Below, in pieces: positions 1-9,047 of a stretch of 32,000 nt of DNA. The stretch covers positions 3,420,001-3,452,000 of the forward strand of contig NZ_LN831039.1 in the NCBI RefSeq assembly GCF_001457595.1, given 5' to 3'. The notes below the pieces were generated by a model, which was given only the letters and a program-made list of their open reading frames with translations, had not been told where the DNA came from and did no database searches. The position numbers and the translations under genes are program-made. How positions within the stretch are numbered: position 1 is the first letter of the stretch; each line of letters starts with the position of its first letter. The stretch comes from Mycolicibacterium smegmatis (GTDB taxonomy: Bacteria; Actinomycetota; Actinomycetes; Mycobacteriales; Mycobacteriaceae).

Positions 1-272
1 CCGAGATCCTGTTCATCGGCATCGGTCTCGCGATCCTGTTACCCGTCATCCCGTTCGCGCTCGAGATGCTCGCGCTGCGACGGTTGAACGCGGGCGCGTT
101 CGGCACCCTGATGAGCCTGGAACCCGCGTTCGCGATGGTGGTCGGCCTCGTCATCCTCAGCCAGGTGCCCGGACCCGCCGGCGTGCTGGGGATGGCCTGT
201 GTCGTCGCGGCCGGCATCGGGGCAGCGCGCACGGGCGCACGGGATGCGCCCGTACCGGTCGAGGTTGGTTGA
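1..272 (+). CDS. EamA/RhtA-family transporter, 3' end (truncated by window start)
   Basis: Frame 3 reads EILFIGIGLAILLPVIPFALEMLALRRLNAGAFGTLMSLEPAFAMVVGLVILSQVPGPAGVLGMACVVAAGIGA..., typical of the C-terminal transmembrane repeat of EamA/RhtA exporters; open to the left edge. Confidence 0.85.
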   Translation, partial: EILFIGIGLAILLPVIPFALEMLALRRLNAGAFGTLMSLEPAFAMVVGLVILSQVPGPAGVLGMACVVAAGIGAARTGARDAPVPVEVG

Positions 273-299
273 TCGCGCGTCCGCGGATACCCTCCGAAC

Positions 300-659
300 A
301 TGGCCCGTCCCATGAACGATCTGATGTTCGTCCGAGCGGTCAACGGCGTCGCGTCCCGGCTCACCCGCGTCCCCGTTCTCGGATCCCTGGTGCGCCGCGG
401 CATGATCGTCATCCGGTACACCGGACGGCGCTCGGGTCAGACGTTCGAGACCCCGGTGGGCTATCGGAAGGTGGGCGACGACCGCGTGGTGATCCGCGTC
501 GAGATGCCGGACCGCAAGACGTGGTGGCGCAATTTCCTGGGCGAGGGAAGCTCCATCACGCTGGTCGGGCTGGACGGAGCCGACCGCACCGGCCACGCCG
601 TCGCGCATCGCGACGAGGCAGGCAAGGTTTCGGTCACCGTCCAGCTCGATGCGCGTTAG
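300..659 (+). CDS. Nitroreductase/deazaflavin-dependent (Ddn-like, DUF385-type) small protein
   Basis: 119 aa ORF; VIRYTGRRSGQTFETPVGYRKVGDDRVVIRVEMPDRKTWWRNFLGEG resembles the F420-dependent Ddn-like fold family. Confidence 0.7.
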   Translation: MARPMNDLMFVRAVNGVASRLTRVPVLGSLVRRGMIVIRYTGRRSGQTFETPVGYRKVGDDRVVIRVEMPDRKTWWRNFLGEGSSITLVGLDGADRTGHAVAHRDEAGKVSVTVQLDAR

Positions 660-1504
660 ACGTCGATGCGCTTGCGGCGGTAGAGCGTTCCGGCCGCGAG
701 CAGCAGCAGGCTGATCACCAGGATCGCGGTCGCCAGCACGTTGATCTGCGGCGGCACAGCCGCCTTGACCGCCGCGTTGACGTACAGCGGGTAGGTCACG
801 GTCGATCCACTGACGAAGTACGTGATGATGAAGTCGTCGAGCGACAACGCGAACGACAGCATCGCCGCGGCCACGATGCCCGGAACGATCAGCGGCAGCG
901 TCACCCTGAAGAAAGTGCGGGTCGGGCTGGCGCCGAGATCCATCGAGGCATCCTCGAGCGTCCAGTCGAATCCGCGCACCCGGGCCCGGACGGTCATGGC
1001 GATGAAGCTGATCTGGAACGCGATGTGCGCGATGACGATCGTGGAGTAGCCGGCCGCCCAGTTGAGATCGAGGAACAAGGTCAGCAGCGAGGCGCCCATC
1101 ACCACCTCGGGTGCGGTCAGCGGCAGCACCAGGAACGTGTCGACGGCACGCTGACCACGCCACCGCTGGCGCACCAGCGCGATCGCGACCAGCGTGCCGA
1201 AGATGAGTGCGATCGAGGTCGACACGGCGGCGACGTTGAGGCTCAACTTCAATGCCTCGGTCAGCGCCGGGTACTTGAACGGGTCCTTCCAGTTGTCGAG
1301 CGTGAAGCCCTGCCACGTGTAGTTGAACTTGCCTGCCGGCTTGTTGAACGAGAACAGCACGATCACGAAGATCGGCAGGAACAGATACAGCAGCACCAGG
1401 CCCGCGACGATGCGCAGACCCGCATCGCCCCAGCGACGGTTGCCCTTGACGACTGTGGGTTCGGCGGTGGCGTCGGTGGCCTCCGCCATTGCGGCCGTGG
1501 TCAT
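656..1504 (-). CDS. potC: ABC transporter permease, PotC-like (spermidine/putrescine)
   Basis: 282 aa with BPD permease signature FRVTLPLIVPGIVAAAMLSFALSLDDFIITYFVSG; start overlaps the upstream permease stop (1501-1504). Confidence 0.88.
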   Translation of the reverse strand: MTTAAMAEATDATAEPTVVKGNRRWGDAGLRIVAGLVLLYLFLPIFVIVLFSFNKPAGKFNYTWQGFTLDNWKDPFKYPALTEALKLSLNVAAVSTSIALIFGTLVAIALVRQRWRGQRAVDTFLVLPLTAPEVVMGASLLTLFLDLNWAAGYSTIVIAHIAFQISFIAMTVRARVRGFDWTLEDASMDLGASPTRTFFRVTLPLIVPGIVAAAMLSFALSLDDFIITYFVSGSTVTYPLYVNAAVKAAVPPQINVLATAILVISLLLLAAGTLYRRKRIDV

Positions 1505-2376
1505 ACCAGGTCCTCCGTACCGAGGGCGCGCGTGTACATCAGCACTCCGACCAGGATGATCGCCATCAGCACCATGCTCAGGGCCGCGGCGGCCGGGTAG
1601 TCCTTGACCACCAGGAACTGTTTCTGGATCACGTTGCCGATCATCGTGGTCTGTGTACTGCCCAGGTAGTCGGCGTTGATGAAGTCACCGACCGCGGGGA
1701 TGAACACCAACATGCTGCCCGCGAGAACACCCGGCATCGACAGCGGCAGAATCACTTTCGTGAAGCTGCGGGTGTTCGAGGAGTACAGGTCCTTCGACGC
1801 CTCGATCAGACGCGGGTCGATCTTCTCCAGGCTCACGTACAGCGGCAGGATCATGAAGATGATCCAGTTGTAGGTCAGACCACCGATCACCGCCCACGGG
1901 GTCGACAGCAGCCGGCCCTCGTCGGGCAGCAGACCGATCGCGCCGAGCGCACTGACCACCCAACCGTCGTCGGCCAGAATGGTTTTCCAGGCGATCGTGC
2001 GGATCAGGAACGTCACGAAGAAGGGCAGGATCACCAGGCCCAGGATTAGGTTCTTGAACCGGCCCGCCTTGAACGCGATCACGTAGGCCAGGGGGAATGC
2101 CAGGATCACGCACAACACCGTGGCCACGAACGCGTAGCCGAACGACCGCAGGATCTGGTCCTGGTACGCGCTGAAGGCGTGCAGATAGTTGCCGAAGTTC
2201 CAGTCGAACGTCAGCGTGGGCAGATAGATCGATCCACCGGACGACGACAACGAGGTGCGCGCCAACGTGAAGAACGGCACCACGAAGAAGATTCCGAGGT
2301 AGACCAACGCCGGCAGGATCATCAGGTACGGAGCGATCTTGCTCCGTTGCCTGCTACTGGTGGCAACGCCAGCCAC
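1501..2376 (-). CDS. potB: ABC transporter permease, PotB-like
   Basis: 291 aa; EAA-loop FTKVILPLSMPGVLAGSMLVFIPAVGDFINADYLG; follows the substrate-binding protein gene with 3 nt gap. Confidence 0.88.
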   Translation of the reverse strand: MAGVATSSRQRSKIAPYLMILPALVYLGIFFVVPFFTLARTSLSSSGGSIYLPTLTFDWNFGNYLHAFSAYQDQILRSFGYAFVATVLCVILAFPLAYVIAFKAGRFKNLILGLVILPFFVTFLIRTIAWKTILADDGWVVSALGAIGLLPDEGRLLSTPWAVIGGLTYNWIIFMILPLYVSLEKIDPRLIEASKDLYSSNTRSFTKVILPLSMPGVLAGSMLVFIPAVGDFINADYLGSTQTTMIGNVIQKQFLVVKDYPAAAALSMVLMAIILVGVLMYTRALGTEDLV

Positions 2377-2379
2377 CGA

Positions 2380-3573
2380 TCAGCCCCCGGTCACTTCGGC
2401 GTAGATGGTGTTGAACTCCTGGGTCTGCTCGTCGGTCAGAGCAGCCCACGACTTCAGGTTCGCGGCCATCTCGGCGGGCGGGTTGATCAACGGGTTGTCG
2501 GCCAGCGCCTGGTCGATCTTCGCCAGTTCGTCGGTCATGTCGGTCAGCACCGGCACGAACTGCGTGAAGGCGACGAGCTTGGCGTAGTTGGGCCGGTCGT
2601 ACACATAGTCGATCCAGGCCTCGGCGGCCTTCTGGTTCTGCGCGGTGTAGGGGATGACCATGGTGTCGATGAACCAGTCACCACCGGACTCGGGGACCAC
2701 GAACTGCAGGTCGGGGTTGTCGGCCTGCAGCTGCACGACGTCACCCGAATAGGCCTGCGCGATGGCGATGTTGCCCGCGGCGAGGTCGTCGGCGTAGTCG
2801 TTGCCCGTGAACCGCCGGATCTGGCCCTTGTCCTTCTGCTCGCGCACGAAGTCGGCGGCCTTCTGCACGCCCTCGGTGGTCGGGTCCTCGACCGAGTTGC
2901 CCTGCCACTGCATGATCATGCCCAGGCCGTCCTGGACATCGGAGAACAGGCTGACGCGTCCCTTGAACGCCGGATCGAAAAGGTCGTCCATCTTGGTGAT
3001 GTCGCGACCGGTCGCGGCACGGTTGTACGCGATGCCGACCATGCCCGTCATGTACGGCGCGGTGTACTTGCGGCCCGGGTCGACCTTGGAGTTCAGCAGA
3101 TCCTCGCGCAGGTTCTTCTTGTTGGGCACACGAGATTCGTTGATCTCGTTGAGCCAGTTCAGCCCCATGATCCGGGCCGCCATGAACTCGGTGGGCACCA
3201 CGAGATCGGCGCCGATGTCCTGCTTGCGCGACAGCGTTTCCTTGACCTTTGCGAACCACTGCTCGTTGTCGTTGAAGTCTTCCTTGTAGTCGACCGTCAG
3301 ACCGGATGCGGTCTGGAACGCCGCGACGAAACCGTCGGCCATGTACAGCGGCCAGTTCGAGATCCGCAGGGTGCCGCTCGCGGGCGAACCGTCATCGGGG
3401 GCAGCCGACGTTGCCTCGGAACCACCGTTGCCGCCGCTGCCGCAGGCGGCCAGTACGGCGGGGCCGAGGGCAAGTGCGGCGGCGGCTGCTGCGCCACCGC
3501 CGAGGAAGCGGCGGCGGGAGGTGCGGTTGGCGGTGAGACGGGCGAAGAGCTGGGGATCGATGTTGTTCGGCAT
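2380..3573 (-). CDS. potD: Polyamine-type ABC transporter substrate-binding lipoprotein, PotD-like
   Basis: 397 aa; twin-arginine-like TSRRRFLGG plus lipobox LAAC near the N-terminus; LRISNWPLYMADGFVAAFQTASGLTVDYKEDFNDNEQWFAKV is PotD-like. Confidence 0.87.
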   Translation of the reverse strand: MPNNIDPQLFARLTANRTSRRRFLGGGAAAAAALALGPAVLAACGSGGNGGSEATSAAPDDGSPASGTLRISNWPLYMADGFVAAFQTASGLTVDYKEDFNDNEQWFAKVKETLSRKQDIGADLVVPTEFMAARIMGLNWLNEINESRVPNKKNLREDLLNSKVDPGRKYTAPYMTGMVGIAYNRAATGRDITKMDDLFDPAFKGRVSLFSDVQDGLGMIMQWQGNSVEDPTTEGVQKAADFVREQKDKGQIRRFTGNDYADDLAAGNIAIAQAYSGDVVQLQADNPDLQFVVPESGGDWFIDTMVIPYTAQNQKAAEAWIDYVYDRPNYAKLVAFTQFVPVLTDMTDELAKIDQALADNPLINPPAEMAANLKSWAALTDEQTQEFNTIYAEVTGG

Positions 3574-3639
3574 GGGGCGACCTTTCTCGAATCGGGCGCG
3601 ATCGTCGTTCAGGGAAGGGTTTTCGGCGACTGGCAGGGA

Positions 3640-4839
3640 TTACGAGTCGTCCAGCATGTCCTCGAGGTCTTCGGTGGTGGGGATGTCGGCAGCCGGCAGC
3701 ACGCGCGAGGCGTCGGGCGACCAGCTGACGTGGACCCGGTCTCCTGGCCGCAGCAAGGGCAGGTTCTGCTCGGCTCCCACGTGCGCGACGATGGTCGAGT
3801 CGTCGGGTGCGGCGAGCGACAGGCGCACGACCGGTCCCTGGAACGTCAGGTCGGTGACGGTCGCGGGGACCGTGGCGACGTCGCCGGTCGGCGCGTCGAT
3901 CGAGACGCGGACCCGTTCGGGCCGGATCATCAGGGTGGCATGTCCGCCGGCTTCGATCGCGGTGTCACCCGGCTTGGCCTTGAGCTTCGTACCGAGCACC
4001 TCGACTTCGACGTAGTCGCCCGCGGTGCGCTCGGTCTGGCGGCCCGGCCAGAGATTCGCCTGGCCGATGAAGTTCGCGACGAACACCGTGGCGGGTTTGT
4101 CGTAGATCTCGGTGGGGGTGCCGATCTGCTCGACGTTGCCCGCGTTCATCACCGCGATCCGGTCGCTCATGGTGAGCGCCTCTTCCTGATCGTGCGTGAC
4201 GTAGATGAACGTGATGCCGACTTCGCGCTGGATCCGCTTGAGCTCGAACTGCATCGCGTGGCGCAGCTTGAGGTCCAGCGCACCGAGGGGTTCGTCGAGC
4301 AGGAGAGCGCTCGGGTAGTTGACCAGTGCGCGGGCGAGCGCGACGCGCTGCTGCTGGCCACCGGACAGCTGCGCGGGCTTGCGCTTGGCGAAGTCGCTGA
4401 GCTTGACGATCTCGAGCAACTCGTCGACGCTGCGCTTTATCTCCGCCTTGTCCTTCTTGGCACTTCGTGGTCCGTACGCGACGTTGTCCCACACAGTCAT
4501 GTGCGGGAACAGGGCGTAGTGCTGGAACACGGTGTTGACGTTGCGCTTGTGCGGCGGCACCCGCGAGACGTCAACCCCTTCGAGCCGGATCGCGCCCTCG
4601 GTGGGGCTCTCGAAACCGGCGATCATGCGCAGTGTCGTGGTCTTACCGCAGCCAGACGGGCCGAGCATCGAGAAGAACTCGCCCTGTGCGATGGAAAAGT
4701 CGGCGTCGGCCACGGCCACGTAGTCGGCGAACCGCTTCGTGACGTGGTCGATCTCGATCACGGGTGCGCCACTCTTACGTGGTTCGCCGCTCTGTCCCGC
4801 CGAGTGATCGACGGCGGCGGTGGTGTCTTGCCCGGTCAG
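3640..4839 (-). CDS. potA: Polyamine-type ABC transporter ATP-binding protein, PotA-like
   Basis: Walker [10 protein letters not shown], signature [15 protein letters not shown], Walker [13 protein letters not shown] and a C-terminal TOBE-like region. The longest ORF begins at 4920 (TTG); AGGAGG with a 6-nt spacer precedes an in-frame CTG at 4839. The start is uncertain. Confidence 0.88.
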   Translation of the reverse strand: MTGQDTTAAVDHSAGQSGEPRKSGAPVIEIDHVTKRFADYVAVADADFSIAQGEFFSMLGPSGCGKTTTLRMIAGFESPTEGAIRLEGVDVSRVPPHKRNVNTVFQHYALFPHMTVWDNVAYGPRSAKKDKAEIKRSVDELLEIVKLSDFAKRKPAQLSGGQQQRVALARALVNYPSALLLDEPLGALDLKLRHAMQFELKRIQREVGITFIYVTHDQEEALTMSDRIAVMNAGNVEQIGTPTEIYDKPATVFVANFIGQANLWPGRQTERTAGDYVEVEVLGTKLKAKPGDTAIEAGGHATLMIRPERVRVSIDAPTGDVATVPATVTDLTFQGPVVRLSLAAPDDSTIVAHVGAEQNLPLLRPGDRVHVSWSPDASRVLPAADIPTTEDLEDMLDDS

Positions 4840-5104
4840 CGTGGTCCTCCTCAGGTGCAGCCGGAGTGGCTGTGGGTAAACCTTCGCGGATTCAGCCGAC
4901 GTTCGCAAGCGATTCCGCAACGATTTAACATTTTTACAATGGATTCCTTCGTTTTGCAGGGTTTGAAGCGCACGAATCCGCTGTGGCAGACGTCAACATC
5001 CACGGCAGGAGGGCCTCCTGCGGATTTCGGGGCGCCGTGACGTCTCGGCGTGCGTCAAGTTTTCCAGCCGAAGTTGCCAGAAGTGACGGAAACCGCTGAG
5101 TAGG

Positions 5105-6583
5105 TCAGCCCCACTCGTGGTTCATGGCACGGCTTTCGGCGAGCCTCTGCTTCGATTCGCGGTGCCGGTCGGGAACCCGGGATATCGCGATGAGCGCCAT
5201 TGCCAGCGTGGCGGTGGCCGCTCCCGCGACGAAGATCGTCACGAAACTCGATTCCGCGGGGATCGCGCTGTGTCCGAGCAGGACGGCGACGACGGCGGCC
5301 GCGATGGAACTGCCGATCGTGCGGGCGATCGCGTTCACGCTGGTCGCCACCCCGGTCTCGGCGGCGTCGACCTCGCTGACGACCAGCGCGGGCAGCGCCC
5401 CGTACCCGAGGCTGATGTAGGCGTTGGCCAGCACGCCGGCGCCGATGACCTGCCATGCGCGATGGTGTGCGAGGGAGAGCATCAGGAACCCGGCGATACC
5501 CACGAACGCACCGACCATCAGCACCTTGCGGGCCCCGAAGCGGTCGATGAACCGTCCGCTGACCAGTGCGACGAGGAACCCGGCCAGCGCGCCGGGCAGC
5601 AGGAAGATCATGCTCGCCTGCAGGACGGTGGCGCCGAAGCCGTACCCGGCGGTCTCGGGCGGCATCTGCACGAACTGGGTCAGGCCCAGGAACGCGAAGT
5701 ACAGGCCCATCCCGACGAAAATCGTCGCGAGGTTGGTCAGCAGGATGGGTCGCTTCGCGAGCATGCGGGTCGACACCAGTGGGTGCGTGATACGCCGTTC
5801 CCACAACCACCAACCGACCAGCAGTGCGACTCCGCCCGCGAGGACCCCGATGGCCGCCGGCGAGGTCCATCCCCATGCGTTTCCCTGGGTGACGGCGAGG
5901 AGCACCGCCGACAGGCCACCCGCCAGACCCACAGCGCCGAGCCAGTCGATGGATCCGTCCGGGATGGGTTTGCGGGCGGGGACCGCCGCCACCGCCACCA
6001 CGATGACGACGGCGGTGAACACGGTGGTCAGCCAGAAGACCCGGTGGTAGTTCGCATCGCCGGACATCAGCAGACCGGTGACCACCAGGCCCACGCCGCC
6101 GCCGAAACCCAGGGTTCCCGACAGCACGGCCATGGCCCCCACCAGCCGGTCCTCGGCGAGTTCCTCGCGCAGGATCGCGATGCAGATGGGATAGAGGGCA
6201 TACGAGGCGCCCTGCAGGATCCGGCCCACGATCAACAGCGCCACCGAGGCGGTGGTCGCGGCGAGCACCGATCCGATCAGGACGATCACCAGAACCGTCA
6301 GAAGAACGAGTTTCTTGCTGTAGAGGTCGGCGAGGCGCCCGATGAGCGGTGTCGCGGCCGCGGCGGCCAGCAGGTTGGCGGTGACGGCCCAGCTGACCGC
6401 GACGGGTGAGGCGTGGAGTTGCGTCGCGATCACACCGAGTACCGGGACGACGGCGGTCTGCAGGACCGCGACCGTGAGGACCACCAGGCTCAGTCCGCCG
6501 ATCAGCACGGCAGGTGGGCGCCGTCTGTCGCGGGGGGCCCGGGCGGACCGACTCCGGTCGGTCTCACTCACGGCCTTGCCCAC
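5105..6583 (-). CDS. MFS transporter (multidrug efflux/DHA2-like)
   Basis: 492 aa, many hydrophobic segments; ATPLIGRLADLYSKKLVLLTVLVIVLIGSVLAA and VSGRFIDRFGARKVLMVGAFVGI are MFS loop motifs. Confidence 0.88.
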   Translation of the reverse strand: MGKAVSETDRSRSARAPRDRRRPPAVLIGGLSLVVLTVAVLQTAVVPVLGVIATQLHASPVAVSWAVTANLLAAAAATPLIGRLADLYSKKLVLLTVLVIVLIGSVLAATTASVALLIVGRILQGASYALYPICIAILREELAEDRLVGAMAVLSGTLGFGGGVGLVVTGLLMSGDANYHRVFWLTTVFTAVVIVVAVAAVPARKPIPDGSIDWLGAVGLAGGLSAVLLAVTQGNAWGWTSPAAIGVLAGGVALLVGWWLWERRITHPLVSTRMLAKRPILLTNLATIFVGMGLYFAFLGLTQFVQMPPETAGYGFGATVLQASMIFLLPGALAGFLVALVSGRFIDRFGARKVLMVGAFVGIAGFLMLSLAHHRAWQVIGAGVLANAYISLGYGALPALVVSEVDAAETGVATSVNAIARTIGSSIAAAVVAVLLGHSAIPAESSFVTIFVAGAATATLAMALIAISRVPDRHRESKQRLAESRAMNHEWG

Positions 6584-6602
6584 ACCCGCTCCGATCGTTA
6601 GC

Positions 6603-6627
6603 TCATCTTCGTGTTTCTCGATTATGA
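6603..6627. promoter_or_regulatory. Candidate MarR-type operator: TCATCTTCG-TGTTTCT-CGATTATGA
   Basis: Imperfect inverted repeat (7 of 9 arm positions match, 7 nt spacer) starting 19 nt upstream of the MFS ORF start and between it and the MarR gene. Confidence 0.4.
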
Positions 6628-6710
6628 ACCGCGTGGGGTGCAGGCGGCGAATCCGCAGGCGAGCGGTGGAGAAGTTCGGACCCGGCCACTCGGGCGGCCA
6701 CCGATGCCGG

Positions 6711-7178
6711 TCAGGGAAGGTCGGCGATGGCGGTGAGCCGCCGCAACAGGGGCGCGGCCTCGACGAGCACGCCCACCTCGTGATCGGTCATGGTGCCGAG
6801 TTCCCGCTCCAGAGCGGTGACCCATGCCTGGGTGATCATCTGCTTGTGCCGTTCGGCGGTCTCGCTCAGATGCAGTCGCGCCGAGCGCCGGTCCTCCGGG
6901 TTGACCTCGCGGACCACAAGATCGCGGGTCATCAGATGGCGCACGGTGGTGCTGACGTTGCTCGGCTGAAGTTGCAGCATGCGTGCCACCTCCGAGACCG
7001 TGCATCCGGGGTTGTCCCCGATCGTGCGGAGCACCTCGAGTTCGGACTGGGGAAGCGGTGTCAGCCCGGACTGCCGTTCGCCGTACCGACGCAGCGCCCA
7101 GACCACGACGCTCAGGTTCTCGGCGATCACACGGGATTCGCTGGCGCGTCCAGGCGGCATGCGTGCCACTTTACCCAT
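6711..7178 (-). CDS. MarR-family transcriptional regulator
   Basis: 155 aa; LPQSELEVLRTIGDNPGCTVSEVARMLQLQPSNVSTTVRHLMTRDLVVREVNPEDRRSARLHLSETA is the MarR winged-helix with DxRS wing. Confidence 0.93.
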   Translation of the reverse strand: MGKVARMPPGRASESRVIAENLSVVVWALRRYGERQSGLTPLPQSELEVLRTIGDNPGCTVSEVARMLQLQPSNVSTTVRHLMTRDLVVREVNPEDRRSARLHLSETAERHKQMITQAWVTALERELGTMTDHEVGVLVEAAPLLRRLTAIADLP

Positions 7179-7220
7179 ATCAATACCTCTATGAGGCTTG
7201 CGATTTCGTCTGCCGGACGG

Positions 7221-8291
7221 TCAAGTCGGCCGCAGCGCGGTGAGGACACCGTCGGTGAATTCCCGCGTGCCCGCCGACCCGCCGACGTCCGGGGTCGAGA
7301 GACCGGCGTCGAGCGTGCGCCGCACCGCGTGTTCGACGGCGTCCGCGGCCCCCACCAGGGCGCGACCGCTTCCGGCACGCTCACCCAGCCACCGCAACAA
7401 CATCGCCGCCGAGAGCATCATGGCGACCGGGTTGGCCACGTCCCGCCCGGCGATGTCCGGCGCGGCCCCGTGACTCGCCTGCGCCATCGCCTTGCTGTCC
7501 GAGGCGTTGAGCGACGGTGCCATACCCAGTGATCCGCTCAACTGCCCGGTGAGGTCCGACAGGATGTCGCCGAACATGTTCTCGGCGACGATGACATCGA
7601 ATTGCGTTGGCCGACTGACCAACAGCGCAGCCAGCGCATCGACGTGCTCGCCACGGACCTCGACGTCGGGATACTGATCGGCCACGGCCATGCAGGTGTC
7701 GCGGAACAGGCCGGTGGTCCTGGTCAGCACGTTGGTCTTGTGTGCGATGGTCACCGAGCGGCGGCGGGTCGCGGCGATCCGGAAGGCCTCGTGCGCGATG
7801 CGCTCGATTGCAGCGCGGGTGAAGACGGCGACCGCGAGTGCCACATCCGCGGTGGGCATGAACTCCCCGGCGCCGTCGTACATGTTGCGATCCGCGTAGA
7901 AACCCTCGGTGTTCTCCCGGACGATCACGACATCGATGTCGGGACACACCGCGCGCACCGATGTGCTCAGCGCGCGGGCCGGACGGATGTTCGCGAACAG
8001 GTTGTAGCGCTTCCGGATCACACCGCCCGGCGACAACGTACCGCGGAACTGCTCAGGGTATCCGGCGTTGTCGTGCGGGCCGATGATCCAGCCGGTGAGG
8101 CCGTCGAGTCGCTCCAGGGTGACGTCGGGCACCGGCGTCCCGAATTCGTCGATCGCCTGGCGGCCGAACGGCAGGGGAACCCACCGCACGCCGACCGCGG
8201 CGGCATCAAGTGCTCGCTCGACCACTTGTGTTGTGGCCGAGACGATCTCCGGTCCGATGCCGTCGCCGCGCAGCACGCCGATTTCGATCAT
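7221..8291 (-). CDS. Isocitrate/isopropylmalate dehydrogenase family protein
   Basis: MIEIGVLRGDGIGPEIV..., RENTEGFYADRN, HKTNVLTRTTGLF, DALAALLVSRPTQFDVIVAENMFGDILSDL are family motifs. The provided ORF is 5'-overextended; ATG at 8291 follows AGGA. Confidence 0.9.
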   Translation of the reverse strand: MIEIGVLRGDGIGPEIVSATTQVVERALDAAAVGVRWVPLPFGRQAIDEFGTPVPDVTLERLDGLTGWIIGPHDNAGYPEQFRGTLSPGGVIRKRYNLFANIRPARALSTSVRAVCPDIDVVIVRENTEGFYADRNMYDGAGEFMPTADVALAVAVFTRAAIERIAHEAFRIAATRRRSVTIAHKTNVLTRTTGLFRDTCMAVADQYPDVEVRGEHVDALAALLVSRPTQFDVIVAENMFGDILSDLTGQLSGSLGMAPSLNASDSKAMAQASHGAAPDIAGRDVANPVAMMLSAAMLLRWLGERAGSGRALVGAADAVEHAVRRTLDAGLSTPDVGGSAGTREFTDGVLTALRPT

Positions 8292-8299
8292 CGCGTGTC

Positions 8300-9031
8300 C
8301 TACCGCCCGGCCGCAGGCCGTCGGAGTCGGAAGTCCGGGACGGCTCGGATCGTCATGAAACCCTCGGGTGCCTGCGCGAGTCGCTGGTAGGCCTGCGGGT
8401 CGCGACGGGCCGCTTCTTCCGTCGGCCGGGGTTCGCGTAGTTCTTCGATGAGGAACCCGGCATCGCGCAGCTCCGAACAGGTGCGTTCCAATGGGGCGAG
8501 CCAGTATCGCACGTTCCACCCCCTGCTCCACGTCTCCTCGACGACCCTGGTCTCGAAGTAATTTCCGCCATGGCGCAGCCAGTCACCGGTGGGGTGCATC
8601 CGGGACAGGACGAGCGCACCGGCGGGCCGCAGAACCCGGTGGAACTCACGCAGCATCGCCGTGCGGTCGTCGACGTACTCGAGTGCCAGCGCCAGCAGCA
8701 CGGCGTCGACCGACTGGCTCGGTAGCCAGTCCAGGGGTCCGGCGAGATCGTGCACACGGAAATCACCGGACGGCACACGCGCACGGGCCAATTCGACCAT
8801 GCGTGGGCTCTGGTCGAATCCGATCAGCGACGCTCCGCGTTTCGCCAGTTCCTCCGCATACAACCCTGGTCCGCATGCCGCGTCCAGAATCGTGCGGCCG
8901 GCGACGTCGCCGATCAGCGCCAGACAGGCGGGCCTGTCGTAGTGGGCGTTGTAGAAGCCGTCTCTCGCGTGGTCGAGGAATTCGTCGGCGAATGTCTCGT
9001 ACTGGGGCTGCGGTCCAACGGTATCGGGCAC
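8300..9031 (-). CDS. Class I SAM-dependent methyltransferase
   Basis: TILDAACGPGLYAEELAKRGASLIGFDQSPRMVELARARV and VDAVLLALALEYVDDRTAMLREFHRVLRPAGALVLS; likely GTG start at 9031. Confidence 0.88.
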   Translation of the reverse strand: MPDTVGPQPQYETFADEFLDHARDGFYNAHYDRPACLALIGDVAGRTILDAACGPGLYAEELAKRGASLIGFDQSPRMVELARARVPSGDFRVHDLAGPLDWLPSQSVDAVLLALALEYVDDRTAMLREFHRVLRPAGALVLSRMHPTGDWLRHGGNYFETRVVEETWSRGWNVRYWLAPLERTCSELRDAGFLIEELREPRPTEEAARRDPQAYQRLAQAPEGFMTIRAVPDFRLRRPAAGR

Positions 9032-9047
9032 ACACTCAGTGTGCCGG

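Noticed and set aside
656-659. 4-bp tail-to-tail overlap of the Ddn-like gene and potC (TTAG shared stops)
   Set aside because: Real in the sequence but common in compact genomes; no functional implication supportable.
2179-5040. 953-aa plus-strand ORF
   Set aside because: Antisense to the pot operon genes; low-complexity Arg/Gly/Val-rich translation typical of GC-rich third-position bias on the opposite strand.
7187-7197. CCTCTATGAGG short inverted repeat upstream of the MarR start
   Set aside because: Only 4-bp arms and it includes the probable SD; too weak to call as an operator.
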